Origin: Candidatus Oxydemutatoraceae bacterium
Lineage (GTDB): Bacteria > Pseudomonadota > Gammaproteobacteria > Poriferisulfidales > Oxydemutatoraceae
Assembly: GCA_965219575.1 (NCBI GenBank)
Contig: OZ244779.1
Location: forward strand, 620,769-684,768
Length of the DNA: 64,000 bases
Reading direction: 5' to 3'
The notes under the pieces are model-generated. The model was not told the origin of the DNA and ran no database searches. It saw only the letters and a list, made by a program, of their open reading frames with translations. The stretch's first letter is position 1. Each line of letters starts with the position of its first letter. The position numbers were made by a program, and so were the translations under genes. Positions 12,182-22,666 of the stretch are shown one piece after another.

Positions 12182-12531
12182 CCGCCCCTACGGTTGGTTT
12201 GCAGATATTTTCGGCGCATAGCGGTTGCGGTCGTGGTAAACGGTACTTTAGGGCGGACATGTTAGTCCGCCCCTACGGTTGGTTTGCAGATATTTTCGGC
12301 GCATAGCGGTTGCGGTCGTGGTAAACGGTACTTTAGGGCGGACATGTTAGTCCGCCCCTACGGTTGGTTTGCAGATATTTTCGGCGCATAGCGGTTGCGG
12401 TCGTGGTAAACGGTACTTTAGGGCGGACATGTTAGTCCGCCCCTACGGTTGGTTTGCAGATATTCTCGGCGCATAGCGGTTGCGGTCGTGGCAAACGGTA
12501 CTTTAGGGCGGACATGTTAGTCCGCCCCTAC
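12182..12531. repeat. 85-bp tandem repeat x4 (REP-containing, BIME-like)
   Basis: CCGCCCCTAC recurs at 12182, 12267, 12352, 12437 and 12522; each unit has the GGGCGGACATGTTAGTCCGCCC hairpin. Confidence 0.95.
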
Positions 12532-12996
12532 AGAAGGTTCTATCCGAATGAGGGTTTGCCCGAACTCAACGGGTTCTGCGTTTTCTACTAGAATCGCCTC
12601 AACGGTGCCGGAAATAGGCGCTTCGATATGGTTCATCATTTTCATCGCTTCTATAATGCAGAGAGGTTCACCTTTTTCAACCGTGGTTCCAACCTCTACA
12701 AAGGGGGCGGTATCGGGCGATGAAGATCTATAAAAAGTTCCCACCATCGGAGCTTCAACATGATATGAACTCGACGAAGATGCGTCGCGCTCTGCACCGG
12801 CAAGTTTTTCACCACTCGCTTGCTGCGTATCTTGCGAAGGTGCCGGGGGCGATATTATCTGCGGTGCGGCTACCGGTGGCGCGATACTGCTTGCGCGGCT
12901 GATTCTTACTGTGTCATCACCTTCTTTTACCTCTATTTCGGAGATGCCCGACTCTTCCAAAAGCTCTATTAGTTTTTTAACCTTACGTATATCCAT
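12517..12996 (-). CDS. accB: Acetyl-CoA carboxylase biotin carboxyl carrier protein
   Basis: [22 protein letters not shown] start; EAMKM biotinylation motif. Confidence 0.96.
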   Translation of the reverse strand: MDIRKVKKLIELLEESGISEIEVKEGDDTVRISRASSIAPPVAAPQIISPPAPSQDTQQASGEKLAGAERDASSSSSYHVEAPMVGTFYRSSSPDTAPFVEVGTTVEKGEPLCIIEAMKMMNHIEAPISGTVEAILVENAEPVEFGQTLIRIEPSVGAD

Positions 12997-13000
12997 TTGT

Positions 13001-13447
13001 TTAACCCTGTAGATGTTCGACTGCCGCTTGCAATGCGAGTTTGTAGCCTTGCGCGCCGGCACCCGATATGATTGCGACGGCAATGTCCGATAGGAAAGAC
13101 TGTCGACGAAATGTTTCTCGAGCGAACACATTGGATAGGTGTATCTCTATGAATGGTTTAGAAACCGAGAGGAACGCATCGCGTAGGGCGACGCTGGTAT
13201 GTGTCAATGCGCCGGGATTGATAATAATAAAATCGGTTTTATCGTCCATCGTTCGATGAATACGCTCGATAATATCTGCCTCGGAGTTTGACTGCAAATG
13301 ATCTATCTCAACGTTGTGCGCTTTCGCTTTTGAGTGAACTTGCTCGATAATTTGTGCTAGGGTTTGCGTGCCGTAGATTTCAGGCTCGCGCTTTCCCAGC
13401 AAATTTAGGTTGGGACCGTTGATGATAAGTATCTTATTTGTTGTCAT
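13001..13447 (-). CDS. aroQ: Type II 3-dehydroquinate dehydratase
   Basis: [24 protein letters not shown]. Confidence 0.96.
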   Translation of the reverse strand: MTTNKILIINGPNLNLLGKREPEIYGTQTLAQIIEQVHSKAKAHNVEIDHLQSNSEADIIERIHRTMDDKTDFIIINPGALTHTSVALRDAFLSVSKPFIEIHLSNVFARETFRRQSFLSDIAVAIISGAGAQGYKLALQAAVEHLQG

Positions 13448-13574
13448 TGTCCATTAAATCAAGCGAAGTTCGCCAAACATGTGGCTAATAGCATAACATA
13501 AATATACAAAATGCTAGAAATATGTTGTGCGGCACTCTGCGAGGTCTGGTATCTAAAGGTTAGGAAATGCTTAA

Positions 13575-14927
13575 TTATCGCAGTGAATCTATCAATTGGT
13601 CCTTCAGCCTGCCAAAATCGCCGTTGGACATAATCAGCAGATGGTCTCCTTCTGCCAGCTCTTCGATAATCGCATGTTTTAGTTGTGCTATATCGTTATG
13701 ATACGAATACCGAGTTTTAGTTTTCTCTAACACCGGTTCCGCCGACCAATCTAAATCCGGAGGACTATAAAAGAAAAGACGGTCCGCCTCGTCAAAAGCG
13801 GCACCGAGTACTCGGTTGTGTTTGCCTGCTTTCATCGTATTTGAACGCGGTTCAAAAGCAACCAATACACGAGGAACTTTTTGGGTACGTATGGCTTCTA
13901 TGCTTGCCTTGATTTCAGTCGGATGATGGGCAAAATCATCGTAGACGGTAACTCCCTTATAGGTTCCGCAAACCTCAAGTCGACGGCGTACCCCTTCAAA
14001 ACTCTCTAGTGCTTGCAATGCGGTTTGCGGTGGCACACCGACATGCGCTGCGGCTGCGATTGCGCCTACGGCATCGGCAATATTATGATCACCCGATAGC
14101 TTCCAGCGGCAACATCCCTGTCGGGTACCTTTATGGGATACTTCGAAACCGCCGTCTCGCTTACGCGCCTGCCAATCGGCAGTTTTATCCCCTAGATCGA
14201 AATACTCGCATCGCGACCAAAGCCCTTGTCCCAGAACATCCTGCAATGCGGTATCGAAGGCGCGCACTAACACAACGGCATCCGCTGATAGTGTTTTGAG
14301 TAGGTGATGGAACTGTATCTTTATGGCATCTAAATCCTTAAATATATCGGCATGGTCAAATTCTAGGTTGTTGAGTACTAAGACTTGCGGGCGATAGTGG
14401 ATAAACTTCGATCTTTTATCAAAAAAAGCGGTGTCGTATTCGTCGCCTTCTATAACGAACAAATCGGATTGTCCCAAGCGCGCAGAAACACCGAAGTTGA
14501 TCGGCACGCCGCCGATTAGAAACCCCGGTTGCATGCCGGCAAACTCTAATATCCATGCGAGCATAGAAGCGGTCGTCGTTTTACCGTGGGTGCCGGCAAC
14601 GCATAACACACGACGGTATTGCAACACCTGTTCGTAAAGCCATTGCGGTCCGGAGTAGATAGGTATGCGCCGGGTGAGCAAGGCTTCCACCGACTCGTCG
14701 CCTCTACACATTGCGTTGCCGACGATATAAACATCGTAACCGTCTAGCGACGATGCGCTACAAGGTTGATCGAAAGCGATGTTATGGTTTACCAACTGCT
14801 CGCGCATCGGCGGCCAAGCCGCTTTATCGCAGCCGTGAACGAAATAACCTAGTTCGCGGGCGAGACCGGCGAGACCGGCCATAAAGGTGCCGCATATCCC
14901 GAGTAAGTAAACTTTGCCTGCAGGCAT
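13575..14927 (-). CDS. mpl: Murein peptide ligase Mpl
   Basis: GICGTFM, AGTHGKTTT, EGDEYDTAFFDKRSKF, DDFAHHPT. Confidence 0.95.
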   Translation of the reverse strand: MPAGKVYLLGICGTFMAGLAGLARELGYFVHGCDKAAWPPMREQLVNHNIAFDQPCSASSLDGYDVYIVGNAMCRGDESVEALLTRRIPIYSGPQWLYEQVLQYRRVLCVAGTHGKTTTASMLAWILEFAGMQPGFLIGGVPINFGVSARLGQSDLFVIEGDEYDTAFFDKRSKFIHYRPQVLVLNNLEFDHADIFKDLDAIKIQFHHLLKTLSADAVVLVRAFDTALQDVLGQGLWSRCEYFDLGDKTADWQARKRDGGFEVSHKGTRQGCCRWKLSGDHNIADAVGAIAAAAHVGVPPQTALQALESFEGVRRRLEVCGTYKGVTVYDDFAHHPTEIKASIEAIRTQKVPRVLVAFEPRSNTMKAGKHNRVLGAAFDEADRLFFYSPPDLDWSAEPVLEKTKTRYSYHNDIAQLKHAIIEELAEGDHLLIMSNGDFGRLKDQLIDSLR

Positions 14928-14935
14928 AGTTCAGA

Positions 14936-15499
14936 TCACATAACCATCAATGATACGAACAGGCTACTCATTAAATAGAGCATTGCGATACCGATTGCAA
15001 AGGGCAAGCGTACCTCCAATGCGTGCAGAAAAATATGCCCCAAGACTCTCAACATCCATATAAACAACGCCAAATAGACCAATGCAATCACCGCCCCGGC
15101 AGGGGAGCTCTGCATCTCCGATTGAGCCTCGCCACCGAAACCGACAAGGTCGGCAGCAACGAAGTTCAACGGTATAAACAAAACGCTGAACAAAGCGATA
15201 CTGCCGGTAATCGCTATTGCAGTTTGTGTGAAGCGCGTAGGAAAGCGGAATAACCATAACATGACTTTTAAGAAGGCAAGCAGGAAAAACAAATCTACGA
15301 CGGTTTCCAGCAAATTAACTTCGGCCAAGCCCGTTGCAAGACCCGAGAGGATGCCCATAGCAACCATAAAAGCACAAGACAAAATAAGTAACTTTCTGTA
15401 TGCAGGTAACTGTTGCGGGGTTGCCCGCAGTAGTATCAGGTGCCATAAGATAACGATGAAATCCATCAATATCTCCCATAGTATCAACAAAGATCTCAT
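14936..15499 (-). CDS. Multi-TM membrane protein of unknown function
   Basis: About five hydrophobic helices; lies directly upstream of mpl. Confidence 0.7.
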   Translation of the reverse strand: MRSLLILWEILMDFIVILWHLILLRATPQQLPAYRKLLILSCAFMVAMGILSGLATGLAEVNLLETVVDLFFLLAFLKVMLWLFRFPTRFTQTAIAITGSIALFSVLFIPLNFVAADLVGFGGEAQSEMQSSPAGAVIALVYLALFIWMLRVLGHIFLHALEVRLPFAIGIAMLYLMSSLFVSLMVM

Positions 15500-15533
15500 A
15501 ATTTACTCAACTATAATCCGAAAGTAAAAGTGT

Positions 15534-15937
15534 GGAGCTATTGAAAAATAGAACCGCCGATTGAGCCGGTAGGTCAATCGGCAATTCTGATGTCCGCCCT
15601 TCGGAATAACCACAACTGCTTGCACCATTTGGTTTTGGTTTCCATAAATTGGATGAATGTATAAATAGTACAGATACGACGGGGCTGTTGAAAAAGTGCG
15701 GACATCGCACAACACCAACCGCTTGCGCCGTGAATTTATAATAACCACCAAGCCGTAGGGGCAGACCTGTGTGTCTGCCCTTAAGTACCGTTCTGCACGA
15801 CACCAACCGCTTGCGCCAACAAATAATGGTTTCCATAATATTAATGGGTGAACGCGTTAATCATGCAAACATGATACGTTTCGGGCGGACATGCAAGTCC
15901 GCCCCTACATTGTATGAAATACTTTTTCAACAGTCCT
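15534..15937. mobile_element. MITE copy (15681-15937) preceded by a partial copy
   Basis: GGGGCTGTTGAAAAAG...TTTTTCAACAGTCC with both REP hairpins; degenerate left end plus class-B palindrome at 15534-15600. Confidence 0.85.
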
Positions 15938-16017
15938 CTATATTTTATAAAACATAGAGCAACGATAGTGTGAACTACCATACTACGAAATCCTTACTTA
16001 AAATTTTAGTATAAAAA

Positions 16018-16404
16018 TTAACATTCTAGGGGGTGTATGATAAACCTCGGATATTCATAACCGGCACCGGTGGTAGCATCAACTCGCCGTCCAATTATAC
16101 TATCATGCAAGATATTACCCCACACATCCTTTGCTTTTGGTTCTACTTGCATAACGCTCGTCTTTCCATCCTTTTCACAAGTAATGCTAAGATCGCCGTA
16201 AGCCTGTTCCACTGTTACCGTATCGGGAGTTTCCTTGATATAGTATTTGCCATCATCGTTTTCTAACGTACAAAGGGCTTCAGGACAACCAGGCGTATCA
16301 ACCGAGATTGAATTAGTACGGCTTTCAGAAACGGAAGCACAACCGCTTAAAATAAATAAAGTTATCAGCACAATGGCTAACCGAGATAAGTAAATCATTA
16401 ACAT
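16018..16404 (-). CDS. Lipoprotein of unknown function
   Basis: Lipobox ILSGC; GGAGG RBS; several Cys. Confidence 0.75.
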   Translation of the reverse strand: MLMIYLSRLAIVLITLFILSGCASVSESRTNSISVDTPGCPEALCTLENDDGKYYIKETPDTVTVEQAYGDLSITCEKDGKTSVMQVEPKAKDVWGNILHDSIIGRRVDATTGAGYEYPRFIIHPLEC

Positions 16405-16570
16405 CCTCCTTTTTCAAATATTCAGGTTTTTTGAGTAAACACTTTCAAACAACATTATAAACTACCTAATTCTTAATTTCATTTGGGGTTTGTCTAAGAT
16501 TGTTTGTGCTTGAGACTATCTCATGATTTACTCAATCCGTGCACTCGTATCGGCAGTGGGGTTAATGCGC

Positions 16571-17335
16571 TCAATCGCGCGTGAAAATCCACTGTGTTTC
16601 GTTGGATAGCTTGGTTTGGTAACGATAATCTCCTTCGCGAAACCGCTTCAGTAATTCGGGTGTCTTAATACGGTTTTTGATAATGTAGCGCGCCATCATA
16701 CCTCGGGAGCGTTTGGCGGTGAAACTAATGACCTTATAGGTTCCGTTTTTTTTCTCCTTGAATATCGGCGTGATGATTTTGGCATTGAGATGATCCGGAA
16801 CGATAGAATGAAAATACTCGTTGGATGCCAAGTTGATCAATACCGCATTGCGCATCTTTTTAAGTTCGGCATTAATCGCTTCGGTGATGCGAGCACCCCA
16901 AAAATCGTAGAGGTCTTTGCCTTGTTTGTTTTCGAGACGGGTGCCCATCTCAAGCCGATAAGGCTGTATCATATCCAGCGGTTTTAAGACACCGTACAAG
17001 CCCGATAGTATGCGCAAGTGCTTCTGCGCAAAATCAAAATCTTTAGCCTCAAAGCTGGTGGCATCCAAACCCGAATACACATCGCCGTTGAAGGCTAAAA
17101 GTGCCTGCTTGGCTTTTGGGGTCGTCGTAGAATTGTCCCATAGCTTAAAACGGTCGGTATTCAAATCGGCAATTTTAGTGCTGACCGACATTAACTCCTG
17201 CAGTTGCTCGGTAGACAACTTCCGCAAGCGCGTAACTAAATGGTTTGCATCCTCTAAAAATAGCGGCACGCTGTGTTTGCGTATCTTACCGCTATCAAAA
17301 TCAAGACGCTTCGCCGGTGAAATAATAACAATCAT
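16571..17335 (-). CDS. yaaA: Peroxide stress protein YaaA (UPF0246)
   Basis: IISPAK, LRILSGLYG, QPYRLEMG, NLASNEYF. Confidence 0.94.
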   Translation of the reverse strand: MIVIISPAKRLDFDSGKIRKHSVPLFLEDANHLVTRLRKLSTEQLQELMSVSTKIADLNTDRFKLWDNSTTTPKAKQALLAFNGDVYSGLDATSFEAKDFDFAQKHLRILSGLYGVLKPLDMIQPYRLEMGTRLENKQGKDLYDFWGARITEAINAELKKMRNAVLINLASNEYFHSIVPDHLNAKIITPIFKEKKNGTYKVISFTAKRSRGMMARYIIKNRIKTPELLKRFREGDYRYQTKLSNETQWIFTRD

Positions 17336-17460
17336 AATCAGTTCGTAGTTTTTTACGCTCTTATTTTCTGCAACTCTATAACTCAAGTCAATAGAATACC
17401 ACTACTTGCTTAAAATGAACTACCACTTGTTCCAGTGGTGTGACTTTGTGCAGATACGCA

Positions 17461-18864
17461 GGGGCTGTTGAAAAAGTACCGTCATCACACAATCCAATCA
17501 CTTTGGACTTATAAGAGCAAGCCCTAGCTTGTTCGAACTACATACTAATGCTAAGTTTCTGCACAATGTCAAGCTGTTTGTCTTTGCTACTCGTATTATT
17601 TCTAATAGCCATAAATAGCTGAATCTTGTATAAGGCGACATTCCTTGTGCTATTGCAACAAGGAACGGTTATTTGCAACAAACGGCGGTCTATCTCTTTA
17701 GCTTTTTAATTTCGGGGACAGATAAACCTGTGACTTGGGAAATCTCCGAAACCTCATAACCTTTTTGCAGCATATTTAAGGCGATTTCGTGCATGCCCTG
17801 AACTCGGCCTTCCTCCATGCCTTTTGCCAGACCCTCCTTTAACGCGCCGCGCCTCTCCAACTGAATCCCTATCTCATACTTCATGCGATCTATAGTCTCC
17901 CAGTGTGATTCTTTGCTTTTTGATATCTCCTCTAAATGTTCTAATATCATTTTCGTCTCTCCGTCTTGTGATAAATACGCTACTTGCTCGGGGGTCAATT
18001 CCGCCGAGTGCTTAATAATATAGCACCACCTATCCTTCATATCAACAAGGTCGCGGTAGCTCTTCTTGAACTTATTCAATTCCACTATGACGATCTTTGC
18101 ACCGATATCAAAATGGTATTCTATCTCGTTGCGATCTACAAATCCTATTTCGGTGATAAAGTTGTGCTTTCCTTTGAATACCGTGAACTCGGTAAATCCC
18201 AACGAGTAGGTCGGGTTGAGGTTTGCATAGTCATCGCCACGGTTTAGATCTTGAATAAACAGCAAAGCCCAATAGGCGAACATTCTCAGTAGGAAGTTTT
18301 TTTGGAAGGCGACTTGCATTTCTATATTGACATTTTCTCCGCCACTTAATTTGACGCTGAGGTCGAGGACGACCTGCTTGCCGTGTGGTTTGTTTGGTGG
18401 AATAGAGGTGTCTTTGAGCCATAGTTTATCACTTGATTGCTGCTGCTGTTGTTCGGCTGCTTTTGTAGAGGTGGCAGAAGTTTTGAGGTTTAGGACATCG
18501 ACATCGGAGACATTGTCGGAGATCGGCAAGAAGCTCTTAATGAGCGAGAGCAGTAATCGCTTGTTGCCGGTAAAGTATTGTTTAAAAACAATGTCTTTTG
18601 TCAGTGCTAAGTATTTAGGGTGAGTTTTTTTTGCCATGAAATCTCCGGTAAGTTTTAGTTAAAACCCATAGTTTGCGCGAATATTTAAGGTGTTTTTAGA
18701 CAAATGGATGAACAGTAGTAAATATCCGATAAATGGTATTAAATGTTGAAAAATAGTGTGTTCGGAGCGGATTATTTCTTTTCTTGGGAAGGGATGATGG
18801 TTTGCGTAATTGAGGGGCGCAAGCGGTTGCAGTTGTGCAAAAACATTATTTTTTCAACAGCCCC
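17461..18864. mobile_element. Rpn gene enclosed by MITE-type termini (putative cargo-carrying element)
   Basis: GGGGCTGTTGAAAAAGTACC at 17461 and TTTTTTCAACAGCCCC ending 18864, facing inward around the rpn gene; no clear TSD. Confidence 0.55.
17690..18637 (-). CDS. Rpn family protein, copy 2
   Basis: Nearly identical to 9439..10407; same internal GGAG-ATG (start 17950, 86 aa). Confidence 0.9.
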   Translation of the reverse strand: MAKKTHPKYLALTKDIVFKQYFTGNKRLLLSLIKSFLPISDNVSDVDVLNLKTSATSTKAAEQQQQQSSDKLWLKDTSIPPNKPHGKQVVLDLSVKLSGGENVNIEMQVAFQKNFLLRMFAYWALLFIQDLNRGDDYANLNPTYSLGFTEFTVFKGKHNFITEIGFVDRNEIEYHFDIGAKIVIVELNKFKKSYRDLVDMKDRWCYIIKHSAELTPEQVAYLSQDGETKMILEHLEEISKSKESHWETIDRMKYEIGIQLERRGALKEGLAKGMEEGRVQGMHEIALNMLQKGYEVSEISQVTGLSVPEIKKLKR

Positions 18865-18877
18865 ATGTCGCATTGTA

Positions 18878-18886
18878 TGATAAAAT
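18878..18886 (+). promoter_or_regulatory. Extended -10 promoter element for tRNA-fMet/panD
   Basis: TGA-TAAAAT 18 nt upstream of the tRNA. Confidence 0.45.
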
Positions 18887-18903
18887 GCCTTTCTATTTAC
18901 CGA

Positions 18904-18977
18904 TGCGGGGTGGAGCAGTCTGGAAGCTCGTCGGGCTCATAACCCGAAGGTCGCAGGTTCAAATCCTGCCCCCGCTA
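18904..18977 (+). tRNA. tRNA-fMet (CAT)
   Basis: GCGGGGTGGAGCAG...CGGGCTCATAACCCG...GGTTCAAATCC; three G-C pairs in the anticodon stem; 1:72 mismatch; followed by CCG rather than CCA. Confidence 0.95.
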
Positions 18978-19032
18978 CCGGTTATGAATTCTATCGTCTG
19001 TTAGAATAAACGCACTTATGGGGTATCCGAAT

Positions 19033-19428
19033 ATGGAATTAACTTTTCTGCAAAGTAAATTACACCGAGCTTGCGTCACACAAACCGAAGTTGAATACGA
19101 CGGTTCTTGTGCTTTGGATGCCGAACTCATGTCGGCTACGGGTATTCGCGAATACCAACAAATAGAAATTTATAATCTGCGCGACGGAAATCGTTTTACG
19201 ACTTATGTGATTAAGGCCGAAGCCGGTAGTCGCACGGTTTCTCTAAACGGTGCCGCTGCTTATCGCGGCAGAGTAGGCGACCGTATTATTATATGTGCCT
19301 ATGCCCGGCTATCCGAAGCCGAAGCGGAGACACACAAGCCGATATTGGTCTACTTGGACAAAGAAAATCAGATCATCAAGATCAACTCCGACATTGCATA
19401 TCGGCACTTATCGGCAATGCCCGATTAA
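19033..19428 (+). CDS. panD: Aspartate 1-decarboxylase
   Basis: SKLHRA, YDGS self-cleavage site, RFTTY, LNGAAA. Confidence 0.95.
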   Translation: MELTFLQSKLHRACVTQTEVEYDGSCALDAELMSATGIREYQQIEIYNLRDGNRFTTYVIKAEAGSRTVSLNGAAAYRGRVGDRIIICAYARLSEAEAETHKPILVYLDKENQIIKINSDIAYRHLSAMPD

Positions 19429-19440
19429 AATATCATTCGC

Positions 19441-22281
19441 TTAGCCGGTATTGCGCATACCCGATGCGATTGCACTGATGGAGCGTAGTACGAGTTCTAG
19501 GTATTCGTGTTCCTCACCGCGTGCTTCGGCATGCTGTTGCGTGCGGCGGTACTTTTTAAGCAACATAATCTGTATGTAATTAATAGGATGTATATAGGGT
19601 TCGCGCCTTTGTAGCGAAAGCATCAGAGAGGGTTGATGTTCCAATAATTGTCCACAGCCACTAACTCGCAATATATAATCGACCGTTTTGTGATACTCGG
19701 CTTCAATAATCTTAAATATTCGCATGGCATTTTCTCGGTCGGAACACAGGTTTGCATATTCCTCGGCAATATCCATATTGGCCTTGGCCAATGCCATCTG
19801 CACATTTTCCATCAAGCTATGGAAAAAAGGCCATTCTTTATACAGGCTCGTTAGTTTTTCCATCTTATCGGCTCGACCTGCTACAAAATCTTCCAGTGCG
19901 CTACCGATTCCGAACCAAGCCGGAAGTGTATGGCGAGATAAAGACCAACCGAATACCCAAGGTATTGCGCGTATAGATTGACGCGACCGATCGGCAGTGC
20001 GACGATGCGTGGGGCGAGACCCGATATTCATTTGACCGATTTCAACAACCGGTGTCGCTTCGTAAAAGTAATCCATTATACCTTCGGTACTATCGATAAG
20101 ATCGCGATAGTAATGCTCGCCCGATTTGCATATTTGAGACATGATTTCCAGATGTTCCTGTTCGTCTCTAGGCTTGGACGAAAGGTCAAAGGAATGTGAT
20201 CTCGCCAGATGCTGGCTCGCATTGATTAATCCGGCGATTGCGGTAGACAAATGATAAATCGCAGCCTCCCGCTTGTTATATTTATAAGACAACACCTCGC
20301 CCTGCTCGGTAATTTTAATTTGGCCGTTCACCGTGCCGGGGGGTTGTGAGGTAATTGCCTCGTATGTCGGTCCGCCGCCGCGCCCGATAGTGCCGCCGCG
20401 TCCGTGAAACAAGCGGCAAGTAATCCTATATTTAATCATCAAACCGATGATGCTTTTCTGCGCTTGGTATAGTTGCCATTTAGATGCAAGAATACCGCCA
20501 TCCTTGCACGAGTCGGAATAACCCAACATAATTTCCTGCAAGCCACCCGAGACTTGTAAAAGTTTGTTGTAGACCGGATTACCGAATAAATCCTCCAGTA
20601 TGTCTTTGGTGCGCGATAAGTCGTCTATCGTTTCAAACAACGGTGAAACATTGATGTTGCAATAAAAATCGCCATCCGAGTTTTTCCCGACCAAACCATT
20701 CATTTTAGCTAACAGGATCACCTCCAATACATCGCCGGCGTTGTGCGTCATAGATACGACATAGTTGCCGATTGCGCCGGGGCTAATCTCGTTCTGCACT
20801 TTTACCATACACTCGAAGACTTCCAGAATACGTTTTGCGTCGTCGCTCAAGCGGCTTTTATCGATGCGCAGTTCGGCATCTTCGTCTATTTTCTTGCTTA
20901 AATAATCCGCCTTTTGTGCCGCAGTCATTGACAAATAGTCGGAACACCCCCATTGTTTCGCTATCTCGGTTATCGCCATTGCGTGTTGTTTGGATTCATC
21001 TCGGACATCCAAACGTGCCAGATAAAAACCGAAGGTTTCAACCAGACGTATCAGGTCTTTCAACTCGGCTTCGGCAATAATACGATCACCGTGATGAAAT
21101 AAGGATTCGGATATTGACCTTAAATCGTCGAGCATTTCGTGTTCGTATCGGTACGCATACTTTCTATCGTCGGCACTCGAACTCCGGCCTTTAATCAATC
21201 GCAATTTGCATCGCAACCGATAAAGGACGACGGATAATTTGCAACGATAAGGCTCCTTGACAAAATTATATCCGGTATCCTTATATGCTTTTTCTACCAC
21301 ACCTTCTTCCTTATCCTTGCGTTGCTCGAGTATAAAATTCTCGGAAAGGTCGACTAGGTTGATTGAGTGCGTCAAAGTGCCTAGGAGTTGCTCGACGCAA
21401 TCTATGTAATGTTCGAGTATTAACATAGATTGTAGTTTCACGGTGTGTATGGTCACCGTCGGTGTTACATAGGGGTTGCCGTCCCTATCGCCGCCGATCC
21501 ACGAACCGAAATTGATGAAACTGGGAATTGTGATTTCCTCTCCCGGATAAACTTCGGCAACTGCGGTTTCCAACATTCTATATACACGGGGCACCGTTTC
21601 GAATAGGGAGGTTTTGTAATAATAGAGTCCGTTGGTAACCTCCAGTTCAACATTGGGCTTGCTCAAACGAACCTCTTCCGTTTTCCACAAAACCCGTATG
21701 TAATTGAATAGCTTGCGCGATAGGTGATCTCTTTCTTCTTTTCCCTCCCTGCTATATAGGTTCTTTTCCATTTGTTCGGCAATCTCGAAGATACGCTTTT
21801 GCAGTTGCATAATCGTGCGTCGCGTCGCCTCGGTCGGATGCGCAGTAAAGACAGGTATATATTTTAGTTTGTTAAAAAGTTTCTGCATGTCGGCAGCGTT
21901 AATGCCTGTTTCTTTAAGTGATGCGAGTACCGCAACGGGTATGCCGGTCTTTAAGCCGGATTTGTCGACCGATGATAGACGCCGATGAACACCTTTATAC
22001 TGACTAATCTCCTCGGCGATATTCGCTAAATTAAAATAAGTGGAAAAGGCCCGAATAATCGTAAAAATCATATCCGGTTCTAAGGTGTCGATTAAGGCAA
22101 CAAGGTCTCGGGTTTTTTTATCGTTTTTCTTTTTGCTCAGACTGATAAATTCTTTGCGCAACTTTTCTATGGTGTTGAATGTACGCGCATCGTTATTTTC
22201 CTGAATAACATCGCCGAGCATCCTGCCTAATAGCTTGACGCGGGCTCGCAGATGGCGGTCGTCGGACATGATAAATGACAT
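19441..22281 (-). CDS. ppc: Phosphoenolpyruvate carboxylase
   Basis: VFTAHPTE, GGDRDGNP, MLGYSDS, FHGRGGTIGRGG, C-terminal MRNTG. Confidence 0.97.
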   Translation of the reverse strand: MSFIMSDDRHLRARVKLLGRMLGDVIQENNDARTFNTIEKLRKEFISLSKKKNDKKTRDLVALIDTLEPDMIFTIIRAFSTYFNLANIAEEISQYKGVHRRLSSVDKSGLKTGIPVAVLASLKETGINAADMQKLFNKLKYIPVFTAHPTEATRRTIMQLQKRIFEIAEQMEKNLYSREGKEERDHLSRKLFNYIRVLWKTEEVRLSKPNVELEVTNGLYYYKTSLFETVPRVYRMLETAVAEVYPGEEITIPSFINFGSWIGGDRDGNPYVTPTVTIHTVKLQSMLILEHYIDCVEQLLGTLTHSINLVDLSENFILEQRKDKEEGVVEKAYKDTGYNFVKEPYRCKLSVVLYRLRCKLRLIKGRSSSADDRKYAYRYEHEMLDDLRSISESLFHHGDRIIAEAELKDLIRLVETFGFYLARLDVRDESKQHAMAITEIAKQWGCSDYLSMTAAQKADYLSKKIDEDAELRIDKSRLSDDAKRILEVFECMVKVQNEISPGAIGNYVVSMTHNAGDVLEVILLAKMNGLVGKNSDGDFYCNINVSPLFETIDDLSRTKDILEDLFGNPVYNKLLQVSGGLQEIMLGYSDSCKDGGILASKWQLYQAQKSIIGLMIKYRITCRLFHGRGGTIGRGGGPTYEAITSQPPGTVNGQIKITEQGEVLSYKYNKREAAIYHLSTAIAGLINASQHLARSHSFDLSSKPRDEQEHLEIMSQICKSGEHYYRDLIDSTEGIMDYFYEATPVVEIGQMNIGSRPTHRRTADRSRQSIRAIPWVFGWSLSRHTLPAWFGIGSALEDFVAGRADKMEKLTSLYKEWPFFHSLMENVQMALAKANMDIAEEYANLCSDRENAMRIFKIIEAEYHKTVDYILRVSGCGQLLEHQPSLMLSLQRREPYIHPINYIQIMLLKKYRRTQQHAEARGEEHEYLELVLRSISAIASGMRNTG

Positions 22282-22368
22282 AATAGAAACTCGTTAAAGC
22301 GGTTATTCTAGCAGACAATGAAGTATATGCTCACGATGGGCTAAAACGATTGCTCGTGCATACCGCGT

Positions 22369-22666
22369 GGGACTGTTGAAAAAGTATTTCATGGAGTGGT
22401 AGGGGCGGACTAAAATTAAATTGCCGATTGACCTACCGGCTCAATCGGCGGCTCTGTTCTGCCCGAAACGTATCATGTTTACACGATTAACGCGTTCACC
22501 CATTAATATTATGGAAACCATTATTTGCTGGCGCAAGCGGTTGGTGTCGTGCAGAACGGTACTTAAGGGCAGACACACAGGTCTGCCCCTACGGCTTGGT
22601 GGCTATTATAAATTCATGGCGCAAGCGGTTATGGTTGCACGCTGACGATACTTTTTCAACAGCCCT
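22369..22666. mobile_element. MITE copy (reverse orientation) inserted in the 3' end of the fucosyltransferase gene
   Basis: GGGACTGTTGAAAAAG...TTTTTCAACAGCCC; supplies the TGA stop of the 342-aa ORF. Confidence 0.9.

Noticed and set aside
12182-12531. Possible CRISPR array (palindromic repeats at regular spacing)
   Set aside because: The intervening sequences are identical rather than unique spacers, and there are no cas genes; it is a tandem REP array.
18864-18980. tRNA-fMet as integration site of an island
   Set aside because: No integrase and no duplicated tRNA 3' end were found. The CCG ending only means CCA is not fully encoded.
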